Part shown: positions 1 through 12,190 of the stretch, piece by piece | Numbering within the stretch: the stretch's first letter is position 1 | Layout: every line of letters starts with the position of its first letter | Origin: Octopus sinensis | Lineage: Eukaryota | Direction: 5' to 3' | DNA length: 64,000 nt | Assembly (NCBI RefSeq): GCF_006345805.1 | Contig: NC_043011.1 | Coordinates: 33,864,464-33,928,463 of the forward strand | Made by a program: the position numbers and the translations under genes | The notes under the pieces: generated by a model | The model's database searches: none | What the model was told of the DNA's origin: nothing | What the model saw: the letters and a program-made list of their open reading frames with translations, nothing else

Positions 1-1417
1 ATGATCAAAAAGATATTCCTACCATAACCACTACCACATCCATTTTTCTCTCAGTCCACTGAGTATTTCAGGACCTCATCATCTAAAGTGTCCTTCACTT
101 TTCAAGATGGTTGGAATAATACAAGAGAGTTATTCGTCTTCTATTTCCAGCAAGTAAAACAACAAAACAAACTTTTAAAACAGTGGTTCTCAACTAGGGT
201 TCATATGACCTTTAACAGTCCATATAAGATTTTGTCATCAAAATTATTATATTTCGAGATGGTCATCTTTCTTTTTTCCTTTTTGCCAAATAAACACATT
301 ACACTATATTATATTCATCTGTCATTTCAGATATATTTATTTTTCTTATTTTATGTCCTTTGTCTAGAAATTTTTCGTCACGCATCCTGTGACCTCTTTA
401 GCAGCACTCCATCCCATGTGTCTCTTGTGCAATAAATTGCTTATATTTCTATAATACACAAAATATTTTAACAATTTTTTTTTATACAATCCCTAAATAT
501 TTAATTTTAAAAATATAATAGCATTTTTTTTAACATCAAATAGCTAGGGAGGCATATCCAAGTAAAACAAGAACTAAGGGGACCTTATGTAAAAATGGTT
601 GAGAACCACTGCTTTAAAAAGTGTGCCTTTGTTTTGTTTGCATCTGATCTTGCGTGTGTGAGTGTGTACAGATATGAGTACAAATAGCATCTATTGAAGA
701 TCTTCTCTGAATTATACTCCTAGGAAGTAAGCTAAGTCCAATAGAGAGTGGTCAGAGGTTAGGAGCAAAATCCTCCAATATCAACACCCCAATAGACACA
801 TCAATTCTTCCCTCCAATTCGTCAGCTCCTTTCCCTCTCCACATCATAAAGGAAGGAAAGCTTCTGGATATACACAGTAGTATCACTATCATTAGTAGTA
901 GTAGTAGTACTAGTAGTAGTAGTAGTACTAGTAGTAGTACTAGTAGTAGTAGTAGTAGTAGTAGTAGTAATTGTGTAAGTCTTGGTGAGTCTGTTGCCAC
1001 CATATCAGGATTAACTACTAATTAGATTAGGACTCCAATAGTCATAGACAAACGTTGGCATTCCGCTTATGAGTGTCATATATAAAGCCGATATTCTATA
1101 CAGATACGTCAAATATAAAGAGGTTTACAGAGACACAGAAAGGTTTTGATGCCAACCTTAAAGAAATTTGGGAATGACAGCCAATGCAGGAATCTCCTGA
1201 TGGGAAAGTCTCATTTGTTTTTATTTTGCTTTTGTGCGTGTGTGTGTGTGTGTATCAAGTGTTAAATGCTGTATACACATTATATTACATAAACATATTA
1301 AGCATACTCACACACACATCTACATTCACACACACACATGTACACATACAGAGAGATACACATTAATGTATACATGTGAAGTGAGAAAACAAACATGCAC
1401 AAATAGACATTAACATC

Positions 1418-1467
<50 letters not shown>

Positions 1468-1493
1468 AATGTATAAATTACATTCATGTATGT

Positions 1494-1524
<31 letters not shown>

Positions 1525-1525
<1 letters not shown>

Positions 1526-1742
1526 TTTCTTTACTGCCCACAAGGGGCTAAACACAGAGGGGACAAACAAGGACAGACAAAGGGATTAAGTCGACTACAT
1601 CGACCCCAGTGCGTAACTGGTACTTAATTTATCGACCCCGAAAGGATGAAAGGCAAAGTCGACCTCGGCGGAATTTGAACTCGGAACGTAACGACAGACG
1701 AATTTCGCCCGGCGTGCTAACGTTTCTACCAACTCGCCGCCT
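1525..1742 (-). mobile_element. tRNA-headed SINE family A, young copy with a small internal deletion
   Basis: Head GGCGGCGAG..., B-box-like GAGTTCAAATTCC, body GCCTTTCATCCTTTCGGGGTCGATAAATTAAGTACCAG; near-identical to 39255-39487, 46930-47165 and 52597-52830. Confidence 0.85.
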
Positions 1743-1743
1743 T

Positions 1744-1775
<32 letters not shown>

Positions 1776-1979
1776 CAAACATACATACATACACACAGGG
1801 TGAGAGAGAGATTTCACACCAAGAAAGAAAGGTATACTACATCAACTAACTGCCTAAATGCGCGTTTTGTGGTTGTGAGTTTTCAACAATAGCTTAATCT
1901 CAAAATTTAGGTGTAAGATTGGTAATTAATTAATCACCAAAAACATACAATGCGCAAGAGTATTTTCCTCGTTTTAAAC

Positions 1980-2023
<44 letters not shown>

Positions 2024-2976
2024 CGTTCATTTATATACAGCTCATTAAATGCGTTCATGCAAACATATTTACATTTGCCAACATTGGTATTCTGACACAC
2101 ATCACACAACCACACATGTATAATCTGCATGCGTATTTGTGCATATACATACACACAGATACATGTATACATATGCACACATATACAAGCAAAACACTTG
2201 CAATACATGAATTTCATTGAAGCCTATAATACCTATAAGGTTTTTTTGAGAGAAGCATTTACAATCAACACATTTCATTATAGATCTTTTAAAAGATTTG
2301 TAAAAGTGGTTAACATTATATATATAATTTTTTTTTTCCCATGAGATGGGGAAAGTAGGGAGGGTAGACAGTCGGATAAACAGTTTGATTTTAATTATTT
2401 GGGGTCATTTTTTTTTTTTTTGATGTTTTTCAGTTTTTCATTTTACATATTATTGTTAGCCAGCAATTATATTGTCTGGTTTTTAAGATTTTATAATTGT
2501 TTTGTCTTTGGTTTGATTTTGTTTTTTTTGCATTCTTTAATTCTATTTCATTTGATTTTATATATATTTTTTCTTCAATGGAAATTTTTTTTTTGTCATT
2601 TGTTTTCTAAATAAGGATGGAAATTTTATTTTCAAAATCAGAAAGTGTTTAAGAAAGGAATTGGTAAAGTAGAAAGAAAAGTTAAAAAAAAGAAAAAAAA
2701 GTTAAAAAATAAAAAAAAGCCAAGAAGGAGACTGAGTGATTTAAAAGGTGCTTTCAAAAGTGGAAAACTCCAAAATAGTAACAACCAACAACAACAACAA
2801 TAGTTGTTCTGACACTACCGAGCTACATAAAGGGTGTCTTTCTGTGAGATAAAAAGAGAGAGAAAAAAATATCACTTTTCTTAGCTTTGGATAAAAATGT
2901 ATAGTATTGTAGAGATATGAGTATGTTTATAAAGTGTTTGTGCAGGTGGGTGAGTGTATGTATGTGAGTATATGTA

Positions 2977-3030
<54 letters not shown>

Positions 3031-3229
3031 AATATATATATATAAACACACACACAAACATATTCCCATAGGATGGTTATATATATATATACACACAGAC
3101 ACACACACACACATTTACTTATTGATATTTCGTTTTGACATAACGGTACTAATAGTCTGGTGTTAGAACTCAAACTACACATGCTTCAGAATGAAGCGGC
3201 AGTTGAGTACAGAGCAGTAATAAGAAAGT

Positions 3230-3420
3230 AAAATGACAAGGGAATAAGAAATTATATAATAAACTTCATTAGCTTACAGTCGTTTCTGCTATAAGATACA
3301 ATTCACTCATAGTTGAACACTTGAGCATCGTGCTACAACTTCATTGGAGCTATAGTGTGATACTCAAGCATTTAAGTATGAGTATCTTATAGAAGAAACA
3401 ACTGTAATGAAGTTCATACT
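3230..3420. mobile_element. Decayed inverted pLTR-like element with hammerhead relic (3272-3350, minus)
   Basis: Inverted arms about 3262-3330 and 3358-3420; GCT-CCAATGA...GAAA-CGACTG-TA-AGC. The flank resembles 57952-58000. Confidence 0.5.
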
Positions 3421-3452
3421 CATAATTATCTATTCGTTTGTCATTCTAATTT

Positions 3453-3504
<52 letters not shown>

Positions 3505-3512
3505 CGTACATA

Positions 3513-3730
3513 TATCTGTAAATGTAATATGTGACAATTATTCGGTAGCCATGATAAAACTCCGTGTTTCGGGTGTCGGAGTGGAAATCCACGCCCCCAT
3601 CTCTTCAGATATCCGGCCATCGGAAAAAATGGTATGAAAATGATGGCAGCGTGGATTTCCACCCCGACATCTGAAACTCGGAGTTTTACCATGGCTACCG
3701 AATAATTGTCACATATTACATTTACAGATA
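3513..3730. mobile_element. Foldback element with 82-bp arms and hammerhead-like motif (3553-3613, minus)
   Basis: Arms 3513-3594 and 3649-3730 are inverted. Minus strand reads GATAT-CTGAAGA-stem II-GAAA-CACGGAG-TT-TTATC. Adjoins (TA)n. Confidence 0.7.
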
Positions 3731-4487
3731 AATTCCTCTATTTACATAATATCGAGGTCTCTTTCTTCCTTTTGTTGTTTTACCATTTCTATCAACTATA
3801 TGTACATGTGTGTGTGTTTAATGTAAGGGTTGTTAAAATATGTTATAAACAGAAACAAACATATCCTAATGAAGAAGTTCAATGATTTAATGACTTCTTC
3901 CTCTGGGTTTTTTGTTGGGGGGGGGGGGGGTTAGTCAAAATTTATTAGCCACACTGGGTTGATTAGGGATTCAGGTTTTGTCAATAGTGGCAGTTTCAAA
4001 CAGTATACAGATTGGCTATGCCACTACAGATGAAACTTCAATCCCAGTCAACCTGATATACATAACATATAATCAAGTATATATTTATTCTTTAACCTAT
4101 GATCAAATGATGAATGAGTAGAAAGAGTATTCAAAAGAGGAGGGGAGAGAGAGAATTAAAATATATAGAAGTGGCAAAACATTGAACGCACGCCTCATAT
4201 TGAAAAATGTAAGCAGGGATGTATGTCAGTATGTATAAAGGATATAACAATAACATATGAAATAATTCTTGGTTCTTTTGTTTTTGTTTTTTTACAAGGA
4301 ACATAAGACAATCACTTCCTCTTTTTTTTTTCTTGGCATCAAACAGAAAGTAATGAAATTGTAGTGAGAGATGTAACTATTATATTACATGACAATAAAT
4401 ATTTACTTCACAATACATATCAAGTACTTCTTTACTTTGTTAGTGATATTACTTCATATGTAATACAACATGCAAATATAATTATAT

Positions 4488-4559
<72 letters not shown>

Positions 4560-4619
4560 GTATTTACCTTTATAATGGAAAACAGTGTTGATGAAGAAAT
4601 TCAGAAGTAATCAGAATTT

Positions 4620-7110
4620 TAATAATAACAAATTCGTCTTTATAGCGGCACAGGGCCAGGAATTTTAGGGGAGAGGGAATAGTAGAATATATCAATACTA
4701 GTGTTTAACTAGTACTTTATTATATTACATTGAAACTGAAAGTGATAAAAGGCAGAGTTGACTTTGGCAGTATTGGAACTCAGATACTAAAGGGCTCTAA
4801 CTAAATAACCCCAAGACATCTTTACCCAAACCGTAACAATTCTGCCAATCCAACACCCTAATAATACTACTAGTAATAATTGTTTAGGGGATGAAATCTA
4901 GTCCAGTAAACTGACCCCAGTACATGACTGATATTTTATTTTTATTGACTCTGTACCCCAGTAATCATTTCTAAGGCTGCCAATTTTGAGAAGGATCAAG
5001 GTTGATTACATTAATCCAAATATATGACTAACATTTATTTATGAGTAATAGTGGGATTTGAACTCAGAGTGTAGGGAGATGTAACTAAATACATCGAGGT
5101 ATTTTTGTCCATCACTCTACAATTTCTGCCATCCACTAATAATAATAATGTTTCTAATTTAGGAAGAGGGCCAGCAATTTCTGAGGGGAAGGGGTTAGTT
5201 GACTACATCCTACCACCCCAGTATTTGACTTGTACTTCATTTCCTTCCTCCTGGAGGGAGGTAAAGCAGAGTTGACTTCAGGTGGATTTGATCTCAGAAT
5301 GTAAAGAGTCATAAGAATTACTGAAAGGCTCTAATGATTCTGCCAAACCACCACTCTAATAATAATAATCATAATGATTTCAAATTTTGCCACAAGGGCA
5401 GTAATTTTGGGGTAGGGATGAGTTGATTACATAGACCCCAATGTTCAACTGGTATCTATTTCATCAACCTGAAAGGATGAATGGCAAAGCCGACTTCGGT
5501 GGAATTTGAACTCAGAATGGAGCAACGAGTGAAATACCGCTAAGCATTTCATCCAGTGTGCTAATGATTCTGCCAGCTCACCACCTTATATAATAATAAT
5601 ATATAATAATAATGATAATAATAACAACAATTTCTTGCACAAGGCCAGCAACTGTTTCGTGGAGCAGTGGGTACAATCAATTGATTATATTGGCTCCAGT
5701 GTTTGATTAGTGTTTTAATTAACCCCCCAGAAGGAAGAAAGGCAAAGTCAATAATAATAATAATTATTATTATTATTATTACTTCCCTCACCATAAGTTG
5801 ACAAATTTACAGGGAAGGGAGAGGGAAGATTAAAAAAAGAAATCGAACTGAACCCAGTTATATGACTGGTATTTGATTTATCAATCAGTAGATGATGAAA
5901 GGCAAAATCACACATAGTAGGATTTGTAGGCAGCCCATCATGGGCATAAATACTGCAACAAGGCATTTCATCCAGCAAGGCACAAGCCCCGTTTTTTCTT
6001 TTTTTCTTCTTTTTTTTTTTTGTTTGTAAAGCTAAAGACTGATGCATTGTCAATCTCCTGATATTTGTTTCCACAATCTGAGAGAGAGAGAGAGTCGCAG
6101 AAACTAATGAAAGGCAAAAGATAGTCTTAGCAGGATCTGAATACAGAATCTAGGATCCATTAAAAATGCTGTGAAGCAGCTAGTCTGACATTTTACCATC
6201 TTAGCTAACTCCCGCGCCTTTCATAATAATAAGGATAATAACAATAATAATAAGTTTCTTCATCTTTTACATAAACGCACAAGACCCTCAAAACTTAGAA
6301 GAAAGATGGACACAGGATTTTCTGATGCACACGTCTTTCCCAAGAAGAACCCACTGACAAGTGACAAAACCAGCTTTCACATTTGGTTCAGTAAAAGATG
6401 TCACATTTGCACCAATATAATTACGATGGCAAAAGTGAAAATTTCCCTCAGCATTTTGTTTTCTCAGCCCAGCAAGTTAAAGGGACATAACTAAATACAC
6501 CAACGCATTTTATCAGGTGCTCAGCCAATTCTGCCAACCCACACACTCATAATAATAATAATAATAATAATCCTTTCTGCAATAAGCACAAAGCCTGAAA
6601 TGTTGAGGGAGGGGGGGGCTAGCTGATTGCATTAACCCCAGTGCTTAACTGATATTTATTCTATCGACTTTGGAAAGATGAAAGGCAGGGAGGAACTAAT
6701 TTAATTACACTGACCCAAGTACATAACTGGTACTTATTTTCACCACCCCAAAAGCATTAAAGGCTAAGTAGATTTCAGCAGAATTCGAATTCAACACAAA
6801 GCTGCAACAAATACCGCTAAGAATTTTGTCCAGCGTGCCAACGATTCTGTCAGCTTACAGCCTTACTTATAATAATACTATTAACATTAATAACAATTCT
6901 TTCTACTAAAGGTACAGGGCCTGGAATTTTGGGGGAGGAGGCTATTCAATTATATTGACCCCAGGACCTGACTGGTACTTTATTTTACCAACCCCAATAG
7001 AATTAAAGGCAAAGTTGACCTCAGTAGAATTTTAACTAAGAATGTGAACAGATAGGAAATATTGAGCTTTTTGTCCAACACACTGGTGGTTCTACCAGCT
7101 CACCGCCTTC
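4620..7110 (-). repeat. Array of about ten decayed family-A SINE monomers separated by (AAT)n
   Basis: Recurring caagg(g)cc..aatttt..gggga..gattacat.gacccca..actggtactt..gaaaggcaaagt.gac..gaatttgaactcagaa units; one unit near 7020-7110 is reversed. Confidence 0.75.
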
Positions 7111-7797
7111 CATAATAATAATGATGATAATAATCATTATTATAGAAACAATAATAGTCATGTTTTCTTCTAACTTGGATCCCCTGTTTTGGAAAATACT
7201 GACAAAGAGTAATGCCAAGCCACATGTCACTTGTTAAATATAAAATATTGCACATGTCAGAAGGTGCACAGAATGGTTGCTAGGAGATGAAAATGGGTGA
7301 CAGATCAATAAAACAACAACAACAACCTTATATGATTAACACAAAACTAAAGAAAAATAAGCACAAATATCAAGCAACTGAAACAAAAAAATGGGGAGTA
7401 AAAAAAAAAAAACAACAGACAGACAGACAGACAGGTAAAATGAATGAAGAGAAGAGAACGACTATAGCTGAGGTGATTGAAAATTGTGGGATAGCAAGAA
7501 AGGAGTATGAGTATTATTGGTGGTGGTGGTAGCAACAATGAATCTTTATATATATGCTGAGAGAGAAAGAGGGAGAGAGAGAGAATATAAATGCAGAAGC
7601 ATTCATAAATATGTAGATAAGTCATTTAATAATGAATCTCAAATCTTGAAGACACACTGCTGAATGATGTGTGTGTGTGCTGCATGTGTGTATGTTCATA
7701 TATGTATATACATTTACACTAATGTTATGTTATACCCATATATACATGCATACAAACACATATTTTTGTGTATGCATGTATATATACATACAAGTAT

Positions 7798-7837
<40 letters not shown>

Positions 7838-7964
7838 ATATATATATACATACATATATATAATATACTTGTGTGAGATACGTGTACATCAACTTCTACA
7901 AACATGCATACATTTTCATACAAATTTGGTAAATATGTAATTGAAATTTGAAAGCAATAATAAC

Positions 7965-8650
7965 GATAATGATCTTTTCTACAATATGCACAAGGCTCAA
8001 GATTTTGGGGAAAGGGGCTAGTCAATTATATCAACCTTAGTGCTCAACTGGTGCTTATTTCATCAACTTTGAAGACATCTGTGGAATCTGAACTCAGAAC
8101 GCAAAGACACTAAGCATTTTGTCCAGTGAGCTAACAACTGTGCCACCTCACCATCTCAATAATAATAATAATGATGATGATAATAATATAATAATAATAA
8201 TCCTTTCTACTATTGGTACAAGGCCTGAAATTTTGGGAGAGGAGGTAAGTTGTTTACATTGACCCCAGTACTTCACTGATACTTAATTTATCAACTCCAA
8301 AACGATGAAAGCAAAGTTGACCTTGGCGGAATTTGAACTCAGAACATAGTGACGGGCGAAATACCGCTAAGCATTTCATCCAGTGTGCTAATTATTATGC
8401 CAGCTCACTACCTTAATAATAATAATAATCCTTTCTACTACAGACACAAGGCATGAAATTTTGGGGGAGGGGACTAGTGGATTACATCGACCCCAGTATT
8501 TCACTGGTATGTAATTTATCGACCCTGAAAGGATGAAAGGCAAATTCAACCTCAGAGGAATTTGAACTCAGAATGTAGAGGCAGATGAAATACTGCTAAG
8601 CATTTCACCCAGCATGCTAATAATTCTGCCATCTCACTGCCTTAATGATA
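7965..8650 (-). repeat. Head-to-tail array of three to four family-A SINE monomers separated by (AAT)n
   Basis: Units of about 200-230 bp start near 7965, 8200 and 8430. Confidence 0.8.
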
Positions 8651-10411
8651 ATAATGGTAATAATAATAATAAATGTATAAGGTACATCTTCTTTAATAAG
8701 AAATTCAACTTTTCATTTGTTTTTTGCTGAAAATATGAATCTACTAACAACCACTACATGCTAAGGAAAATGCCACTTCCACCAGCCTCAGACTAATTCC
8801 TGCTTTCTTATTAAGTAATTAAATCAAGCACTTATATCAGAGTTTGCTCCACCCTCCCACCCTAATCCACTCTTTTAATATGCTGCAGATATAATTCTTA
8901 CGTTACAATTTTTTCCCTTTGCATTAAAGCCAATTCTTCCTACATTGCAGACACATTCTTCCATTATGCTTATTTTTTACTGTAGTAAGTTATAGTTTTT
9001 CAAGCTAGGTTTTCCAGCAGTATATACTGAATAATTTTATTTCATATAATAATAATATTCTTTAAACATCAATAGCTTTTAACATTTAATAGCATTATTC
9101 ATTAACTGCATTTATCATTAATTGCATTTATCATTAATTATGTTTATTATTAATAGCTTTAACATTGATAAGCATTTAGCAGCAGTTAGTTCAAAATTTA
9201 CCATTAAAAATTTATATACAAATACATCTCAAATGGATGAGAAAAATTTTAATATTGTCTCTACACTACTTTTTTATTGGTTAATAATTGAGAAAAAATT
9301 TAATAAATCTCAAATGTATTTTTTTTATAGGAGAGTTAGGCAAGTTCAGTTGTTATAAGGAGGGTTGAACCTAACTATCATTCCATGTCTTACCTTTCAT
9401 GTGACAGTAAGAAATGGAGAAGAAGAAATTTCGGCGCTTGGACTGAAGACAAGTGATGACTTTTTCTTTGTTCCTCACTGTCAAACAAAGCAGAATGCTG
9501 GAAATGATAGACTCTACATTCCTCACAGCAATAGAGGTTACTGAATTCTGCTATGAACTAATTATGTTACCACCACAGACCATCACCATTTTCTTGATGG
9601 TCCAGATTTCACCAGATCTCTTTATAATTCAGTGTAGATGACATCTGGAGCACTCTCATTTCATACACCAGCCCAACCAAGCATGAGATATGTTGTGTAT
9701 ATTTTGTCAGATCGTTGTAGATTAATGCCTAACTTGTATGTGCCCATTTTAACATAAAAATTAGCTTGAGATTTTTAGTAGTTATAAAGCATGTTTGCAA
9801 CAATCAACAGGAGACATGAGGATTCTATGCACATTGAAGAAGATCCATAATGAGATATTTTCTTTCAAATTACATTTAATTTACACAAACATATACACAG
9901 ACACAAATGCATAAATACATACACATACACACACACATATATATGAGGGTGAGAATGTCATGAGAAAATGAAGGAAAATAAACAGACAAAATAGAAAAAA
10001 GATAAAGAAAAGGAAGTTTGTAAAAAGGATGTGCTTCAGAGATTGTAGTGTTCGATGGTGTACCAGAAGGGGGAGGAGGAATTTGGTTACCTTTTTTTTT
10101 TTTTTAAATTATTTTATTTCTTGAAATACTTATTTAAAAACAAAGTAACAAATTAAAATTTCAGTTAAAGTGAAAGAGGACAAATACATGCTTTGGTTGG
10201 CTCAAAAAGAAAATAAAAGAAATATTTCTTTTTCTTAAGATATATATATATATATATACACACACACATATATATATGTATGTATATATATATGCATGGA
10301 AGTGAGTGCTCATGTACATGAGGGTGTGGGAGAGATAGTAAGGGTGTGGAAACCATAGTGGGTGTTGTTAGAATAGGGGCAAATTAAAGTATTCCAATCT
10401 TAACATAACGA

Positions 10412-10447
<36 letters not shown>

Positions 10448-10841
10448 ATATAAATATATATATACATATATATATATTCATGTGTGTATCTGTTTATGTG
10501 TACACATACGCACACACACACACATATATTGAAGATATTACTTTATAAAAGATGTAATAAAGATAAGTGTGTGCATGGGAATGGCAGAAGGAGTGGGGAA
10601 GAATTAATTGGAAAAAATTATCAAAAGTAATAATAATTATAATAATAATGTTTATAATATTAATAATAATAATGATAATAATGATAATAATAATAATAAT
10701 AACAACATTCATTAAGTTATGCAACTATTTATATTTGGCATGCAGGAAATGAATGAAGTGTTGGTTTGAACTTTCAGATTGTTACTCCCGCGTACAGCTG
10801 TCTGTAGCAGCCACAAAGAGCAGCAGCGGCGGCAGCAGCAG

Positions 10842-10918
10842 TTAAGGGTATCTGGGAAGGTCACTTCGCTTTTTGTCTGATTGTGTGTCCATCATCCCCT
10901 GTGGGTCGGGAGAGCATC
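10842..10918 (-). CDS. Candidate terminal exon C of intersectin (coding part; 3' UTR would extend leftwards)
   Basis: Strong acceptor ctttctttctgtttgctgcag|GA in unique, GC-richer sequence. Reads xCSPDPQGMMDTQSDKKRSDLPRYP*, in register with recalled human ITSN1-L WCSDLHLLDMLTPTERKR. Confidence 0.6.
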
Positions 10919-11249
10919 CTGCAGCAAACAGAAAGAAAGCATAACATGGGCAAAAAATATTGAAGGTTCAAGCCACAAACAGGATTTAACAGCAAGGTAA
11001 TCATAGTAAGAGAGAGAGAAAGAGAGAGAGAGAGCATACATCATCATTATTATCATTGTTGTTGTTGCCATTGTTGTTGTTGCTAATATTTATATGTAGG
11101 TGTATGGGGGCTATGCTTATATGCGTGTGTATGTGTGTATGAATGAATGTGAGAGATTGTTGAGAGAGAGAGAGAGAGGAAGTGTGAAAAGGTAAAGAAA
11201 GAATGCTACGTTATATGTTTAAAATATAGTGATAATAATAATAATCATA

Positions 11250-11707
11250 ATAATAATGATTTCAAACACTGACACAAGGCCAGCAATTTCAGGGGAAGGG
11301 TAAGTTGATTACATCAACCCCAGTGCTCAACTGGTACTTATTTTATTGATCCCCTCAAAAGGATGAAAGGCAAAGTCAACCTCAGCAGAACTTGAACTCA
11401 GAACATAGTGGTAGATGAAATACCGCTAAGCATTTTGCCTGGTGTGCTAACAGTTCTGCCTGCTCACCGTCTTAATAAAAATGATAATAACAATACTTTC
11501 TACTGGAAGCACAAGGCCTCAAATTTAGGGGAAGGGATTAAGTCGATTACATCGACCCCCCAGTGCATAACTGGTACTTATTTAATCAATCCTGAAAGGA
11601 TGAAAGGCAAAGTTGACCTCGATGGAATTTGAACTCAGAACGTAGCAGCAGACGAAATACTGCTAAGCATTTACCTAGCCTGCTAACGATTCTGCCAGTT
11701 TGCCACC

Positions 11708-11746
<39 letters not shown>

Positions 11747-12190
11747 TATTCAAATTTTGGCACATGGCCAGCAAATTTAAGAAGAAAGGGCACAAGTCAG
11801 TTATATGGACCCTAGTGTTTGAGTGGTGCTTTATTCCATCAATCTTGAAAGGATGAAAAGTAAAGCTGGTCTTGCCAGTATTTGAACTCAGAACATAGAG
11901 GTCCAGAGGAAATGCAGTTAAGCATTCTGTTTGACACACAAACGATTCTGCTGGTTCAATGCCTAAATAATAATTATTTCTGATATAAACACTAGGCCTG
12001 ATATTTGTAGGAGGAGGTTTAGTCAATCGCATCAACCCCAGTGCTCAACTTTAACTGATTCTATTGACCCTCAAAGAATGGAAAGCAAAGTTGACCTTGC
12101 CAGAATTTGAACTCAGAACATAAAAGAGCTGGAGGAAATGCAGCTGAACGTTTTGTCCAATGTGCTGACAATTCTGCCAGCTTCCCGCAA
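11250..12190 (-). repeat. Head-to-tail array of about five family-A SINE monomers separated by (AAT)n
   Basis: Units start near 11255, 11495, 11745 and 11975. Confidence 0.8.

Noticed and set aside
7255-7279. Good minus-strand acceptor after a long pyrimidine tract
   Set aside because: Stop after seven codons in the ITSN frame and no DH-like sequence.
9390-9700. Unique, moderately GC-rich stretch with open frames on both strands
   Set aside because: No recognisable domain; probably 3' UTR or a decayed repeat.
4620-12190. Regularly spaced repeat units suggestive of a CRISPR-like array
   Set aside because: Units are about 200-bp SINE monomers with microsatellite spacers in eukaryotic DNA; no short identical repeats with unique spacers.
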